From NCBI RefSeq assembly GCF_000025505.1, contig NC_013849.1:1860001-1892000 (forward strand): a stretch of DNA of 32,000 nucleotides, written 5' to 3'. Below the pieces are notes generated by a model. The model saw nothing but the letters and a program-made list of their open reading frames with translations. It made no database searches and was not told where the DNA came from. Each line of letters opens with the position of its first letter. Positions within the stretch are counted from its first letter, which is position 1. Source of the DNA: Ferroglobus placidus DSM 10642. Lineage in GTDB: Archaea > Halobacteriota > Archaeoglobi > Archaeoglobales > Archaeoglobaceae. Below, piece by piece: positions 23,994 through 32,000 of the stretch. The translations under genes were made by a program, and so were the position numbers.

Positions 23994-26411
23994 ATGGAAC
24001 TGCTACTCAAAGTAAATCAAGCTTACCCCAGTGACTCCGGAAGAGGTATAGCAAGACTCGATCCGGAATCGATGTTTAGGCTGAACATTTCACCGGGAGA
24101 CATAATAGAAATAGAGGGAAGAAGGAAAACGGTCGCCAAGGTCTGGAGAGCCCCAAAAAGAGATTGGGGTAGGGGGATAATAAGAATAGATCGCTTTATC
24201 AGAGAGAACGCAGGTGTAAACATAGGAGATACCGTCAAAGTTAGAAAAGCGGAATATTCGATAGCCAGACAGGTCATTCTTGCCCCTCTAAAAAAGCTCG
24301 ACTTCAAGGTTTACGGGGCTGATATAGGGGAGTATCTCAAGCATCAGCTCCTCAAGAGACCTGTTATGGAAGGAGACCTCGTTCCGATCGTCGGAGCTCC
24401 AGCTTTTACGGGATTTGGCAAATACACCCAAAATCAGGCTACAGTCCTTGTTGCGGTAAAGACGGAGCCGAAGGGAGCGGTGATAATAGACGATCAGACT
24501 CACGTTGTGTTTAGAGAGCGCCCAGTCAAAGGTTTCGAAAGATTTGGAAAAGCCGGAGTCACCTACGAGGATATAGGTGGGCTTAAAGAGGAGCTTCAGA
24601 AAGTCAGGGAGGTTATAGAGCTTCCGCTCAAGTATCCGGAGATATTCCAAAGACTCGGCATAGAGCCGCCCAAGGGAGTTTTGCTGTACGGACCGCCGGG
24701 AACTGGTAAAACGCTAATAGCCAAGGCTGTGGCTAACGAAATAGGAGCAACTTTCTTGACGATAAACGGTCCCGAAATTATGAGCAAGTTCTACGGAGAG
24801 AGCGAGCAGAGGCTTAGGGAGATTTTCGAAAAAGCTAAGGAGAACGCACCAAGTATAATTTTCATAGATGAGATCGACGCGATAGCTCCGAGGAGAGACG
24901 AAGTTACTGGGGAAGTTGAGAGGAGGGTCGTTGCTCAGCTCTTAACGTTAATGGACGGTCTCGAAGAGAGAGGGCAGGTTATAGTTATCGGAGCAACCAA
25001 CAGAATCGAAGCCGTCGATCCGGCTCTGAGAAGACCGGGGAGATTTGACAGAGAAATAGAGATAGGCGTTCCCGACAGAGAAGGGAGATTCGAGATTCTT
25101 CAGATTCACACGAGGAACATGCCTCTCGAGCCAGAGTACTCAAGAGAATTCGTGCTCGAAGCTTTAAACTCTCTTAAAAACTTATTAAAGGAAGAGGGAG
25201 ACTCAAGGCTCTCTCAGATCGAATTCATAATAGAAGAAGTCAAGGAGGCTGAAAGGAAAGAAGAGGTCAAAGCTATAATCGAAAACCTCTTCCCAGAAGA
25301 GCTCAGACCTGACTTGGAAAGGGAGATAATTAAGGCTATGCTAAGACATTTAGCAGACCAAACTCACGGATTCGTTGGGGCTGACATAGAGGCGTTGTGT
25401 AAAGAGGCGGCGATGAAAGCTCTGAGGAGGTATCTGCCGAGGATAGACCTGAACGGTGATGAGTTGCCAGTGGAGCTGCTTGAGGAAATGAAAGTCACGT
25501 TCGACGACTTTAAGGAGGCTTTGAAAGAAATAGAACCTTCGGCGATGAGGGAAGTTCTCGTGGAAGTTCCGAAAGTTACGTGGGAAGATGTCGGCGGGTT
25601 AGAAGATGTTAAGCAAGAGGTTATCGAAGCGGTGGAATGGCCGTTGAAGTATCCGGAGAAATTTAAGAAGTTCGGGATCAAACCGCCTAAGGGAGTTTTG
25701 CTGTACGGACCGCCAGGAACCGGTAAAACGCTAATAGCCAAGGCTGTGGCTAACGAGAGCGAAGCGAACTTCATAAGCGTGAAGGGTAGCGAGCTTCTGA
25801 GCAAGTGGCTCGGAGAGAGCGAAAAAGCCGTGAGGAAGATCTTCAGGAAAGCGAAGCAAGTTGCTCCTTGCATAATCTTCTTCGACGAAATTGACGCCAT
25901 AGCTCAGATGAGAGGGATTGATGAGGGGAGTAGAGCTGTTGAAAGGGTGGTTAACCAGCTTTTAACTGAGATGGACGGTCTCGAAGAGCTTGAAGGAGTC
26001 ATAGTTATCGGAGCAACCAACAGACCAGACATAATCGATCCCGCTTTACTAAGGCCGGGAAGGTTCGACAGGCTGGTTTACGTAAGACCACCAGACAAAA
26101 AGAGCAGGTACGCCATCTTCAAGATCCACACAAGAAATATGCCTTTAGCCGAAGACGTCGATCTCGAGGAGCTTGCGGAGTTAACGGAAGGCTACGTAGG
26201 TGCTGACATAGAGGCAGTTTGCAGAGAGGCTGTAATGTTAGCTTTGAGGGAGAACATAAACGCTGAAAAAGTCGAAATGAGGCACTTTTATCAGGCTATA
26301 AAGAAGATTAAGCCGAGCGTAAACGAGGCTATGCTGAGGTTCTACGAGAAGTTCGAAGAGAGGGTGAAAGTGGAGCCGAAGCAGGCGAAGACGATAATCG
26401 GATACGGTTAG
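23994..26411 (+). CDS. cdc48: Cdc48/VCP/VAT-type double-ring AAA+ ATPase (805 aa)
   Basis: N-domain '[12 protein letters not shown]...GDIIEIEG'. There are two AAA modules, each with '[17 protein letters not shown]', with Walker B 'IIFIDEIDA' and 'IIFFDEIDA'. Penultimate Tyr at the C-terminus (..IIGYG). ATG at 23994 is preferred over the track start at 23898. Confidence 0.95.
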   Translation: MELLLKVNQAYPSDSGRGIARLDPESMFRLNISPGDIIEIEGRRKTVAKVWRAPKRDWGRGIIRIDRFIRENAGVNIGDTVKVRKAEYSIARQVILAPLKKLDFKVYGADIGEYLKHQLLKRPVMEGDLVPIVGAPAFTGFGKYTQNQATVLVAVKTEPKGAVIIDDQTHVVFRERPVKGFERFGKAGVTYEDIGGLKEELQKVREVIELPLKYPEIFQRLGIEPPKGVLLYGPPGTGKTLIAKAVANEIGATFLTINGPEIMSKFYGESEQRLREIFEKAKENAPSIIFIDEIDAIAPRRDEVTGEVERRVVAQLLTLMDGLEERGQVIVIGATNRIEAVDPALRRPGRFDREIEIGVPDREGRFEILQIHTRNMPLEPEYSREFVLEALNSLKNLLKEEGDSRLSQIEFIIEEVKEAERKEEVKAIIENLFPEELRPDLEREIIKAMLRHLADQTHGFVGADIEALCKEAAMKALRRYLPRIDLNGDELPVELLEEMKVTFDDFKEALKEIEPSAMREVLVEVPKVTWEDVGGLEDVKQEVIEAVEWPLKYPEKFKKFGIKPPKGVLLYGPPGTGKTLIAKAVANESEANFISVKGSELLSKWLGESEKAVRKIFRKAKQVAPCIIFFDEIDAIAQMRGIDEGSRAVERVVNQLLTEMDGLEELEGVIVIGATNRPDIIDPALLRPGRFDRLVYVRPPDKKSRYAIFKIHTRNMPLAEDVDLEELAELTEGYVGADIEAVCREAVMLALRENINAEKVEMRHFYQAIKKIKPSVNEAMLRFYEKFEERVKVEPKQAKTIIGYG
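24666..24739 (+). repeat. Intragenic repeat copy 1 (cdc48 D1 Walker A region)
   Basis: 71/74 nt are identical to 25683-25756 (hand alignment; mismatches at repeat positions 6, 33 and 38). Confidence 0.9.
25683..25756 (+). repeat. Intragenic repeat copy 2 (cdc48 D2 Walker A region)
   Basis: 71/74 nt are identical to 24666-24739. Further exact tracts are 24951-24968 = 25971-25988 (18 nt) and 24981-25004 = 26001-26024 (24 nt). Confidence 0.9.
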
Positions 26412-26459
26412 TCGAAACGTTTATAGCTTCCTCTTTTTTAAATCGAATGGGTGGTAGTA

Positions 26460-26696
26460 ATGTTCGCAAGGTCTCTTGCAAGAAAGACCGTGCTTCTTTC
26501 CGACGGCACGGTTCTCGGAACTTTGCACAACATAAACGTAGACTTCAGAACAGGTTCGCTGATAAGCTTGGTTGTGAAACCGCAGAACGAAGTAAGCGGA
26601 ATAGAAAAGGTTGACGGCTATTACATAATACCCTTCGATAGTGTGAAATCCATAAGTGACTACATAGTTATCGACAGGAAAAGGCTGAGCAGATGA
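26460..26696 (+). CDS. PRC-barrel domain protein (78 aa)
   Basis: 'VLLSDGTVLGTLHNINVDFRTGSLISLVV...YIIPFDSVKSISDYIVID' fits the PRC beta-barrel pattern. SD GGGTGGT lies 4 nt before the ATG at 26460; the track start is the GTG at 26451. Confidence 0.8.
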   Translation: MFARSLARKTVLLSDGTVLGTLHNINVDFRTGSLISLVVKPQNEVSGIEKVDGYYIIPFDSVKSISDYIVIDRKRLSR

Positions 26697-27379
26697 GATA
26701 CTTTTTTCCCCCCTTAATTCTGCCCCTTTTTATCCTTTTCATCCTCTTACCTTTTTTTGCTTTGACTTTCGTCTTAACAACAACTCAGGTTTTCAAAACT
26801 CTCTTCGGAATTTCCACCCTCGAAGCCCTCATGATCTTTTCGCTCATCGTCATCGGAAGCTTCGTAAACATTCCCGTTTACAAAATCGAAGGAAGGGAAG
26901 TTGTCAGGAGAAGAAGTATTTTCGGAATTTTTTACTACTATTACGTGGAAAAGAAGCAGATAGTCGTGGCGATAAACGTTGGTGGTGCTTTAATTCCGTC
27001 GATCCTTGCCTTGAAAGTACTTCTAACTCTGCCAATTCTTCCGACTCTCCTCTCCATCGCAATAGCCTCCATTTTAATCTACTTCTTCGCAAAGCCAATT
27101 CCCGGAGTGGGAATTGCTGTCCCCCTCTTTATTCCTCCGCTGATAGCTCTCATGTGCTCCTTCACGATCGCTCAGATCTTCGAGTTGAATTTGCTCACAC
27201 TTCCCAAACTCGCTTTCGTTTCGGGAGTTTTCGGATCTATTATCGGAGCGGATTTAATGCACTTGAAAGACGTTGAAAAGATCGGGAGTGGAGTCGTAAG
27301 CATAGGAGGAGCCGGAACGTTTGACGGAATTTTCCTAACGGGTGTGTTTTCTGTTGTATTCTCATTCCTACTGCTTTAG
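26693..27379 (+). CDS. Integral membrane protein, DUF1614-like (228 aa)
   Basis: Multiple TM segments, with 'INVGGALIPS' and 'SIGGAGTFDGIFLTG' motifs that I associate with DUF1614. ATGA overlap with the PRC-barrel gene. Confidence 0.6.
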   Translation: MRYFFPPLILPLFILFILLPFFALTFVLTTTQVFKTLFGISTLEALMIFSLIVIGSFVNIPVYKIEGREVVRRRSIFGIFYYYYVEKKQIVVAINVGGALIPSILALKVLLTLPILPTLLSIAIASILIYFFAKPIPGVGIAVPLFIPPLIALMCSFTIAQIFELNLLTLPKLAFVSGVFGSIIGADLMHLKDVEKIGSGVVSIGGAGTFDGIFLTGVFSVVFSFLLL

Positions 27380-27481
27380 GTCTATGTTTAATCCGAGCTT
27401 ACTGGAAGTTTTTTAAGCGAAGCTGAACATTCACGATAAATTTTCGCAAACTTTATAATCGGTTCAAGTAAACTGTTTTAC

Positions 27482-29167
27482 ATGACAGACATAATGAAGT
27501 ATGTAGTGCCAAAGGAGACCTGGCCGGACATTATTATCCCGGACGAGGTGCAGCAGTACATAGGGGATAGAAAGGAGCTGAACCTGGCTGAGGAAATTCT
27601 CGACAGAAACATAAAGGAAGGAAGGGGAAGGAAAGTTGCCATATACTTCGAGGATAGAAGAGTGACTTACAGAGACCTCTACAGGCTGAGCAACAAGGTT
27701 GCCAACTTCCTCAAGGAAATTGGAATTGAAAAGTACGACAGAGTAGGTTTCAGAATGAGGAACATGCCAGAGGCTGTGGCGGTGAACTTCGGAATAATGA
27801 AAGCTGGAGCGATTCCCGTTCCTCTCAACCCGATGTGGGCTAAGAAAGAGATAGTGCATGTCGCAAACAACGCTGAGATAAAGGCTATTTTCGTAACCGG
27901 CGACGATAAGACGTTTAAGGCTGTTGAAGAGAGCGTTCCGGAATTTAAGACGGTCGAGAAGGTAATAGTTACGGAAAGAGAAGACCTCAAAGAGCCGTTT
28001 ATTTCCTTCAACGAAGTTTACGAGAAGAGCAGCAAGTTTGATCCCGTTCCGCTCGAACTCGGAACTCCAGCTGTGATACTTTACACGAGCGGAACGACCG
28101 GATTACCGAAGGGCTGCGTGCACTTCGTTGAGAACGTGCTCTCGTCAGTTTACCTCGTAGGAAAGTACGTGTGGAAGCTCACTGAAGACGACGTCGTCGG
28201 AGGTCCGGCTCCAGTGAGCTTTGCCATGGGTTACGGAAACGGTTGCCTAATTCCGTACTTCCACGGAGCAGCCACGAGTATCTGGCCCGGATTCAGCGTT
28301 GAGAACTTCTTCCGCTTCGTGGAGGAGCATGGAATAACTGTCTTCAGCTCTCTGCCAACAGCCTACAGAATGATCTTAGCTAATCCGAACCTCGACGAGT
28401 ACCTGAAGAAGTACGACCTTTCGAGCCTTAGGCTTTGCACCGGAGGAGGAGAAGCTCTCGGTGCCGAAACAGCAAAGAAGTGGCAGGAGAAGTTCGGAAT
28501 GCCAATCTACGAATCTCTCGGAGCTACGGAAATGGTTCACATCTGCATAAGCAACACTGTCGCTCCTAAGCCAGTAGCTGGAAGCATCGGCTGGCCAGTT
28601 CCTGGCTACACAGTCAGGATCGTCGATCCTGAGACCGGTAAGGACTGTCAGCCGGACGAAGTGGGCAACTTGTACATAAAAGGTCCTACCGGCATAAGGT
28701 ACTGGAACCATCCGACGAGACCTCTGGATGAGAAGCAGAAGGAGAGCGTTAAGAACGGATGGAACGTCCTCGGAGATTTCGTGAGAAGAGACGAGAACGG
28801 ATACATCTACTTCGTATCGAGGGACGACGACCTCATCAAGTCTTCAGGATACAGAATAGGTCCAGACGAAATAGAGCAGCCGCTAAGCCAGCACCCGGCT
28901 GTGGCAGAGTGTGCAGTCATCGGAGTTCCGGATCCTGAGGGTATAAGAGGACAGCTCGTTAAGGCGATCATAAGGCTCAAAGAAGGATACGAGCCGAGCG
29001 AAGAGCTTAAGCAGGACATACTCAAGTTCCTCGAGCAGCACATAGCTAAGTACAAGCTACCAAGAATAATTGAATTTACCACCGAGCCCTTGCCAAGAAC
29101 CGCGACAGGAAAACTGCTGAGAAGAGTTCTGAGAGAAAGAGAAGCTCAAAAGCAGCAGCAGAAGTAA
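27482..29167 (+). CDS. AMP-forming acyl-CoA synthetase / aromatic-acid-CoA ligase family (561 aa)
   Basis: AMP-binding motif 'LYTSGTTGLPKG', hinge 'SSGYRIGPDEIE', and C-terminal 'LPRTATGKLLRR'. TATA-like ACTTTATAAT lies about 25-30 nt upstream, so the transcript may be leaderless. Confidence 0.88.
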   Translation: MTDIMKYVVPKETWPDIIIPDEVQQYIGDRKELNLAEEILDRNIKEGRGRKVAIYFEDRRVTYRDLYRLSNKVANFLKEIGIEKYDRVGFRMRNMPEAVAVNFGIMKAGAIPVPLNPMWAKKEIVHVANNAEIKAIFVTGDDKTFKAVEESVPEFKTVEKVIVTEREDLKEPFISFNEVYEKSSKFDPVPLELGTPAVILYTSGTTGLPKGCVHFVENVLSSVYLVGKYVWKLTEDDVVGGPAPVSFAMGYGNGCLIPYFHGAATSIWPGFSVENFFRFVEEHGITVFSSLPTAYRMILANPNLDEYLKKYDLSSLRLCTGGGEALGAETAKKWQEKFGMPIYESLGATEMVHICISNTVAPKPVAGSIGWPVPGYTVRIVDPETGKDCQPDEVGNLYIKGPTGIRYWNHPTRPLDEKQKESVKNGWNVLGDFVRRDENGYIYFVSRDDDLIKSSGYRIGPDEIEQPLSQHPAVAECAVIGVPDPEGIRGQLVKAIIRLKEGYEPSEELKQDILKFLEQHIAKYKLPRIIEFTTEPLPRTATGKLLRRVLREREAQKQQQK

Positions 29168-29262
29168 ACTTCATTTTTTATTTTTAGTGCGTTTTTAACA
29201 ACGTGAGAGAAATTCTGCTTCGGCACCTTAATTTTTATTAACTTTCGAATTGTAGGAAGGCT

Positions 29263-30339
29263 ATGAGGTACAAAACTGAACTCACGAGGATCGTCGAACT
29301 GCCTTACTATGTCGAAGTTAGCGAGAGTTCGAGGAAGAAAGTTAAAGACATTCTCGACTCCTTCAACCTAAACAGCACGCTTTTCCTAACTGGGAAAAAT
29401 TCTTACGAGGTTGTTGGAGCGAAGATCGAGGAGAAAATATCTGATTACATCGTTGAGAAGGTATTTGTTGAAAAAGCCACTATGAGCGAGGTTAGGAGGA
29501 TAGAGCTTTTTTTGGGCTACACCGACATAGACTCGGTTGTTGGAGTGGGAGGAGGGAAGGTGATAGACGTCGGGAAGGTTATCGCTACCGAACTCAAAGT
29601 CGCTTTTATAAGCATCCCGACTTTAGCGTCAAACGACGGTATAGCTTCTCCGGTTGCAAGCTTTAAAGAGAATGGAAAGCCAGTTTCGATTTCCGTCAAT
29701 CCCCCAACTGCTGTTTTGGCAGACTTGACAATTTTAAGAAACAGTCCGATAAGATATCTCAGAGCCGGTTTTGGAGATTTAATTTCCAACATTACCGCTG
29801 TCAAGGATTGGAAGCTTGCGAGAGACAAAATTGGCGAGGAGTACAACGAGGTTGCGGCTTCGATGGCTTACCTTCCTTCGAGCCTCATGCTCAACTTGGA
29901 GAGCGTTAATTTCAAAGATGATTTGACGACCCTCGAAAAACTCATTAGGGGGTTGATTTTGAGCGGAGTTTCGATAGCCATAGCTGGATCGAGCAGACCT
30001 GCAAGCGGAGCAGAACACAAATTCAGCCACGCTTTGGATTATCTCGGATACGGGAGCGGAGTGCACGGAGAGCAAGTAGCTTTGGGAACGATAATAATGG
30101 AGTACCTCCATCAGAAGTACTACGGAATCGGAGACTGGGAGGCTATAAAGACAATTTTTGAAAAAGCTCAGGTACCGACGACGGCAAAAGAGCTAAATTT
30201 AACTAAGGAGCAGATTCTCGAAGCTTTAATTTACGCTAAAAGAATCAGGAAAAAGAGGTACACGATTTTGGAAGACGTGAATCCGAGCAAAGAAGAGCTT
30301 GAACTCGTTTTAATCAAGACCGGGATCGTAGAGAGTTAG
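29263..30339 (+). CDS. egsA: sn-Glycerol-1-phosphate dehydrogenase (archaeal lipid backbone synthesis)
   Basis: Iron-ADH/DHQS-like fold with 'GVGGGKVIDVGK', 'PTLASNDGIASP' and 'GAEHKFSHALD...HGEQVALG'. It is 358 aa. Confidence 0.88.
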   Translation: MRYKTELTRIVELPYYVEVSESSRKKVKDILDSFNLNSTLFLTGKNSYEVVGAKIEEKISDYIVEKVFVEKATMSEVRRIELFLGYTDIDSVVGVGGGKVIDVGKVIATELKVAFISIPTLASNDGIASPVASFKENGKPVSISVNPPTAVLADLTILRNSPIRYLRAGFGDLISNITAVKDWKLARDKIGEEYNEVAASMAYLPSSLMLNLESVNFKDDLTTLEKLIRGLILSGVSIAIAGSSRPASGAEHKFSHALDYLGYGSGVHGEQVALGTIIMEYLHQKYYGIGDWEAIKTIFEKAQVPTTAKELNLTKEQILEALIYAKRIRKKRYTILEDVNPSKEELELVLIKTGIVES

Positions 30340-30798
30340 AACGTGCTTTGCCTCTTCAACTCTGTTTATCTTCCTAACCTCAGCTACGTTGTAGTTCTCG
30401 ATTCTAACATCTATCAGCTCGCTCCCCAAGCCTTCGTTCATTTTCAGCAGAGAGTACACTCCGTTTACCTCCTCCCAGACCTCTTCCCCGAATACAATTT
30501 TTTGAAAGGCTTTATTCAGCTCAATCCAGCTCATCTCAGCTATCTTTTGAACGGGAACGAAAGAAAAGTATTCAACTACTTTTTCCACATTCTCCTTTTC
30601 GTGAATCCACGTGCATTCCACGCAGCTCCATACTTTAAAGTTTTTAAGCCTCCCGAAAGCGTTGTACAAGCAGGGATAAAAGGGACAGAAGCAGAGGGAG
30701 CAATCCTGACCTTCGAAGTGACACGGGTAATACTCGCATTCTCCCTTTTTCATCCCGAAAATAGCCGAAACTAAATCTTTCAAAGCCTCTTCCCTCAT
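30310..30798 (-). CDS. Cysteine-rich small domain protein (zf-like; 162 aa)
   Basis: 'CEYYPCHFEGQDCSLCFCPFYPC' matches the Cys-rich small domain signature. The start overlaps the DUF89 stop. The 3' end overlaps egsA convergently by 30 nt. Confidence 0.7.
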   Translation of the reverse strand: MREEALKDLVSAIFGMKKGECEYYPCHFEGQDCSLCFCPFYPCLYNAFGRLKNFKVWSCVECTWIHEKENVEKVVEYFSFVPVQKIAEMSWIELNKAFQKIVFGEEVWEEVNGVYSLLKMNEGLGSELIDVRIENYNVAEVRKINRVEEAKHVLTLYDPGLD

Positions 30799-31655
30799 TT
30801 CAGCATCGCCACCATGCTGCCGACGCTAACCCCTATATCCCTCGCTACAGGTTCGCATTTGGCAGTCAAAAGAAAAGCAACGTTTTCCCACTTCGATTCG
30901 GACAAGCATTCGTAGTTAGCCATACCCTTAGCCACGATTACGTCAGCCTCCTCTATCCTACTCTTCGTAACCTCCGGAAGCATTTCTTCGTCTATACCAA
31001 TCTCTCCTCCGTTAGGAAGTATTTCGTCGGCAACTTTATCTATTCCGGCAAGCTTCGCATCTTCGATTGTTGCGTCGCTGAGTATTGGCTTTCCTCTAAC
31101 TACAACGCTAACTTTCTCCGAGATCTTCTTGATTTCCCTTATCAGCAAATAATCGAAGAATATCTCTCCGGCGTTGTCAGTTACGTAAACAACCTTCCCT
31201 CTGCAGAGGTCCTTTATCTCCTCGGTGTCGTCGATAGTTAACCCTTTCGCGAACATTTTGAGGAAGTACATCTTGAAGTTATCTTCCTCAACTTTGTGAT
31301 CCAGAACTCCGTAGTCGAAGGCGTTACCGATTATGCTTGCCACGACTGCTCCGTAAAACTTGTCGGAAAGCTTCGAAATGAAATCTTCGACGAATGGCAG
31401 ATTTTTCATAGCAACAGCATTCGCTCTATCCTTAAGAGGTTTGTAAGGGTCTTCGACTCCGAGAACTTCGTAAACTCTTCTGTGGACTTTCGTGGCTATT
31501 AAAGCGTTAATCCCCCTCTTTTCGTATTCCTCGCTTAAAATTTTGAGAGCCTCTCCAACAGCCCTCTCTATTTTGCTCTGATCATTCGTAGCTATCTTGC
31601 ATTCTAGGTAAACCCTGTTCAGCAAACAAGCCGGACATTTAGCAGCGATCCTCAT
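30795..31655 (-). CDS. DUF89 / ARMT1-like damage-control phosphatase family protein (286 aa)
   Basis: Metal-site motifs 'VTDNAGEIFFD' and 'AKGMANYE' are present. The N-terminal 'CPACLLNRV' is typical of the archaeal subfamily. Confidence 0.85.
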   Translation of the reverse strand: MRIAAKCPACLLNRVYLECKIATNDQSKIERAVGEALKILSEEYEKRGINALIATKVHRRVYEVLGVEDPYKPLKDRANAVAMKNLPFVEDFISKLSDKFYGAVVASIIGNAFDYGVLDHKVEEDNFKMYFLKMFAKGLTIDDTEEIKDLCRGKVVYVTDNAGEIFFDYLLIREIKKISEKVSVVVRGKPILSDATIEDAKLAGIDKVADEILPNGGEIGIDEEMLPEVTKSRIEEADVIVAKGMANYECLSESKWENVAFLLTAKCEPVARDIGVSVGSMVAMLK

Positions 31656-31657
31656 AG

Positions 31658-32000
31658 CTACGTGTCGAGATTTCTCACTTCTGTGGCGTGCTCCATTATG
31701 AACCTCTTCCTGTCTTCGGTGTTCTCTCCCATGAGAATCGAAACTATCTCTTCGGCCATCGCCGCATCTTCGAGTGTTACCTGAATAAGTATCCTTCTCT
31801 TCGGATCCATCGTCGTCTCCCAGAGCTGTTCAGGGTTCATCTCTCCCAGACCTTTGTACCTCTGAACTTCCGCATCTCCTATTCTTTTAAGCAGGTTTTC
31901 GAGTTCTTTGTCTGAGTAAAGGTAGTAAACTTTCTTCCCCTTCTTAACTCTGTAGAGGGGCGGCTGGGCTATGTAAAGGTATCCGTTCTCTATAAGCGGA
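31658..32000 (-). CDS. gyrB: DNA gyrase subunit B, C-terminal end (partial, runs off the window)
   Basis: The frame stays open to the window edge: '...[22 protein letters not shown]...[24 protein letters not shown]...'. This is the Toprim/tail signature of GyrB. Confidence 0.93.
   Translation of the reverse strand, partial: PLIENGYLYIAQPPLYRVKKGKKVYYLYSDKELENLLKRIGDAEVQRYKGLGEMNPEQLWETTMDPKRRILIQVTLEDAAMAEEIVSILMGENTEDRKRFIMEHATEVRNLDT

Noticed and set aside
25364-25900. 178-aa minus-strand ORF, and other antisense ORFs within cdc48 (24023-24787)
   Set aside because: They are antisense to a conserved AAA+ gene, with S/L/P-rich translations. Long antisense ORFs are expected in purine-skewed genes.
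27464-28011. Minus-strand ORFs overlapping the acyl-CoA synthetase 5' region (27464-27859, 27679-28011), with similar ones at 28376-29082
   Set aside because: They are shadow frames with no signals. The plus-strand gene carries all the AMP-binding motifs.
1-32000. CRISPR arrays, rRNA genes, or intact IS elements/integrases
   Set aside because: Reading the window, I saw no regularly spaced direct repeats, no rRNA-like sequence, and no full-length transposase or integrase ORF.

Overview
This is a 32-kb chromosomal window from a hyperthermophilic euryarchaeon, probably a member of the Archaeoglobales. That placement is an inference from four things: gene content (sn-glycerol-1-phosphate dehydrogenase, RadB, Hel308, Cdc48/VAT, and a KatG of the kind known in Archaeoglobus fulgidus), Glu/Lys-rich proteins, Shine-Dalgarno motifs matching GGAGGTGA, and frequent ATGA start/stop overlaps. 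Most of the window is densely packed housekeeping genes. In order they are katG with a divergent Cys-free Fur/PerR-like regulator, an archaeal-type ATPase, tRNA-Thr(GGU), a phosphoribosyltransferase, hel308, a GPN-loop-type GTPase, an ilvB-ilvN-radical SAM operon, radB-larC, cdc48, a PRC-barrel protein with a DUF1614-like membrane protein, an acyl-CoA synthetase, egsA, a Cys-rich-domain/DUF89 pair, and the 3' end of gyrB. The accessory-looking part runs from about 12.2 to 22.1 kb. It holds a convergent cluster of three ATP-dependent amidoligases: an RLAN-domain ORF split from a RimK-like ATP-grasp, a GCS2 ligase coupled to a CxxCxxCC YkgJ protein, and a second RimK ligase. Two permeases sit with them, and one is frameshifted. 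The cluster is interrupted by a decayed HEPN gene and a roughly 1.2-kb low-GC insertion that carries a leaderless 4-TM protein gene. Nearby are a possible 20-codon Lys/Glu-rich sORF with its own TATA, SD and T-tract, an uncharacterised wHTH protein, and a possible transposase relic. I consider the amidoligase cluster the best candidate for an uncharacterised system, making a peptide, thiol or tag. I found no CRISPR array, rRNA or intact mobile element. All calls rest on reading the translations and sequence by eye, and no database search was run.
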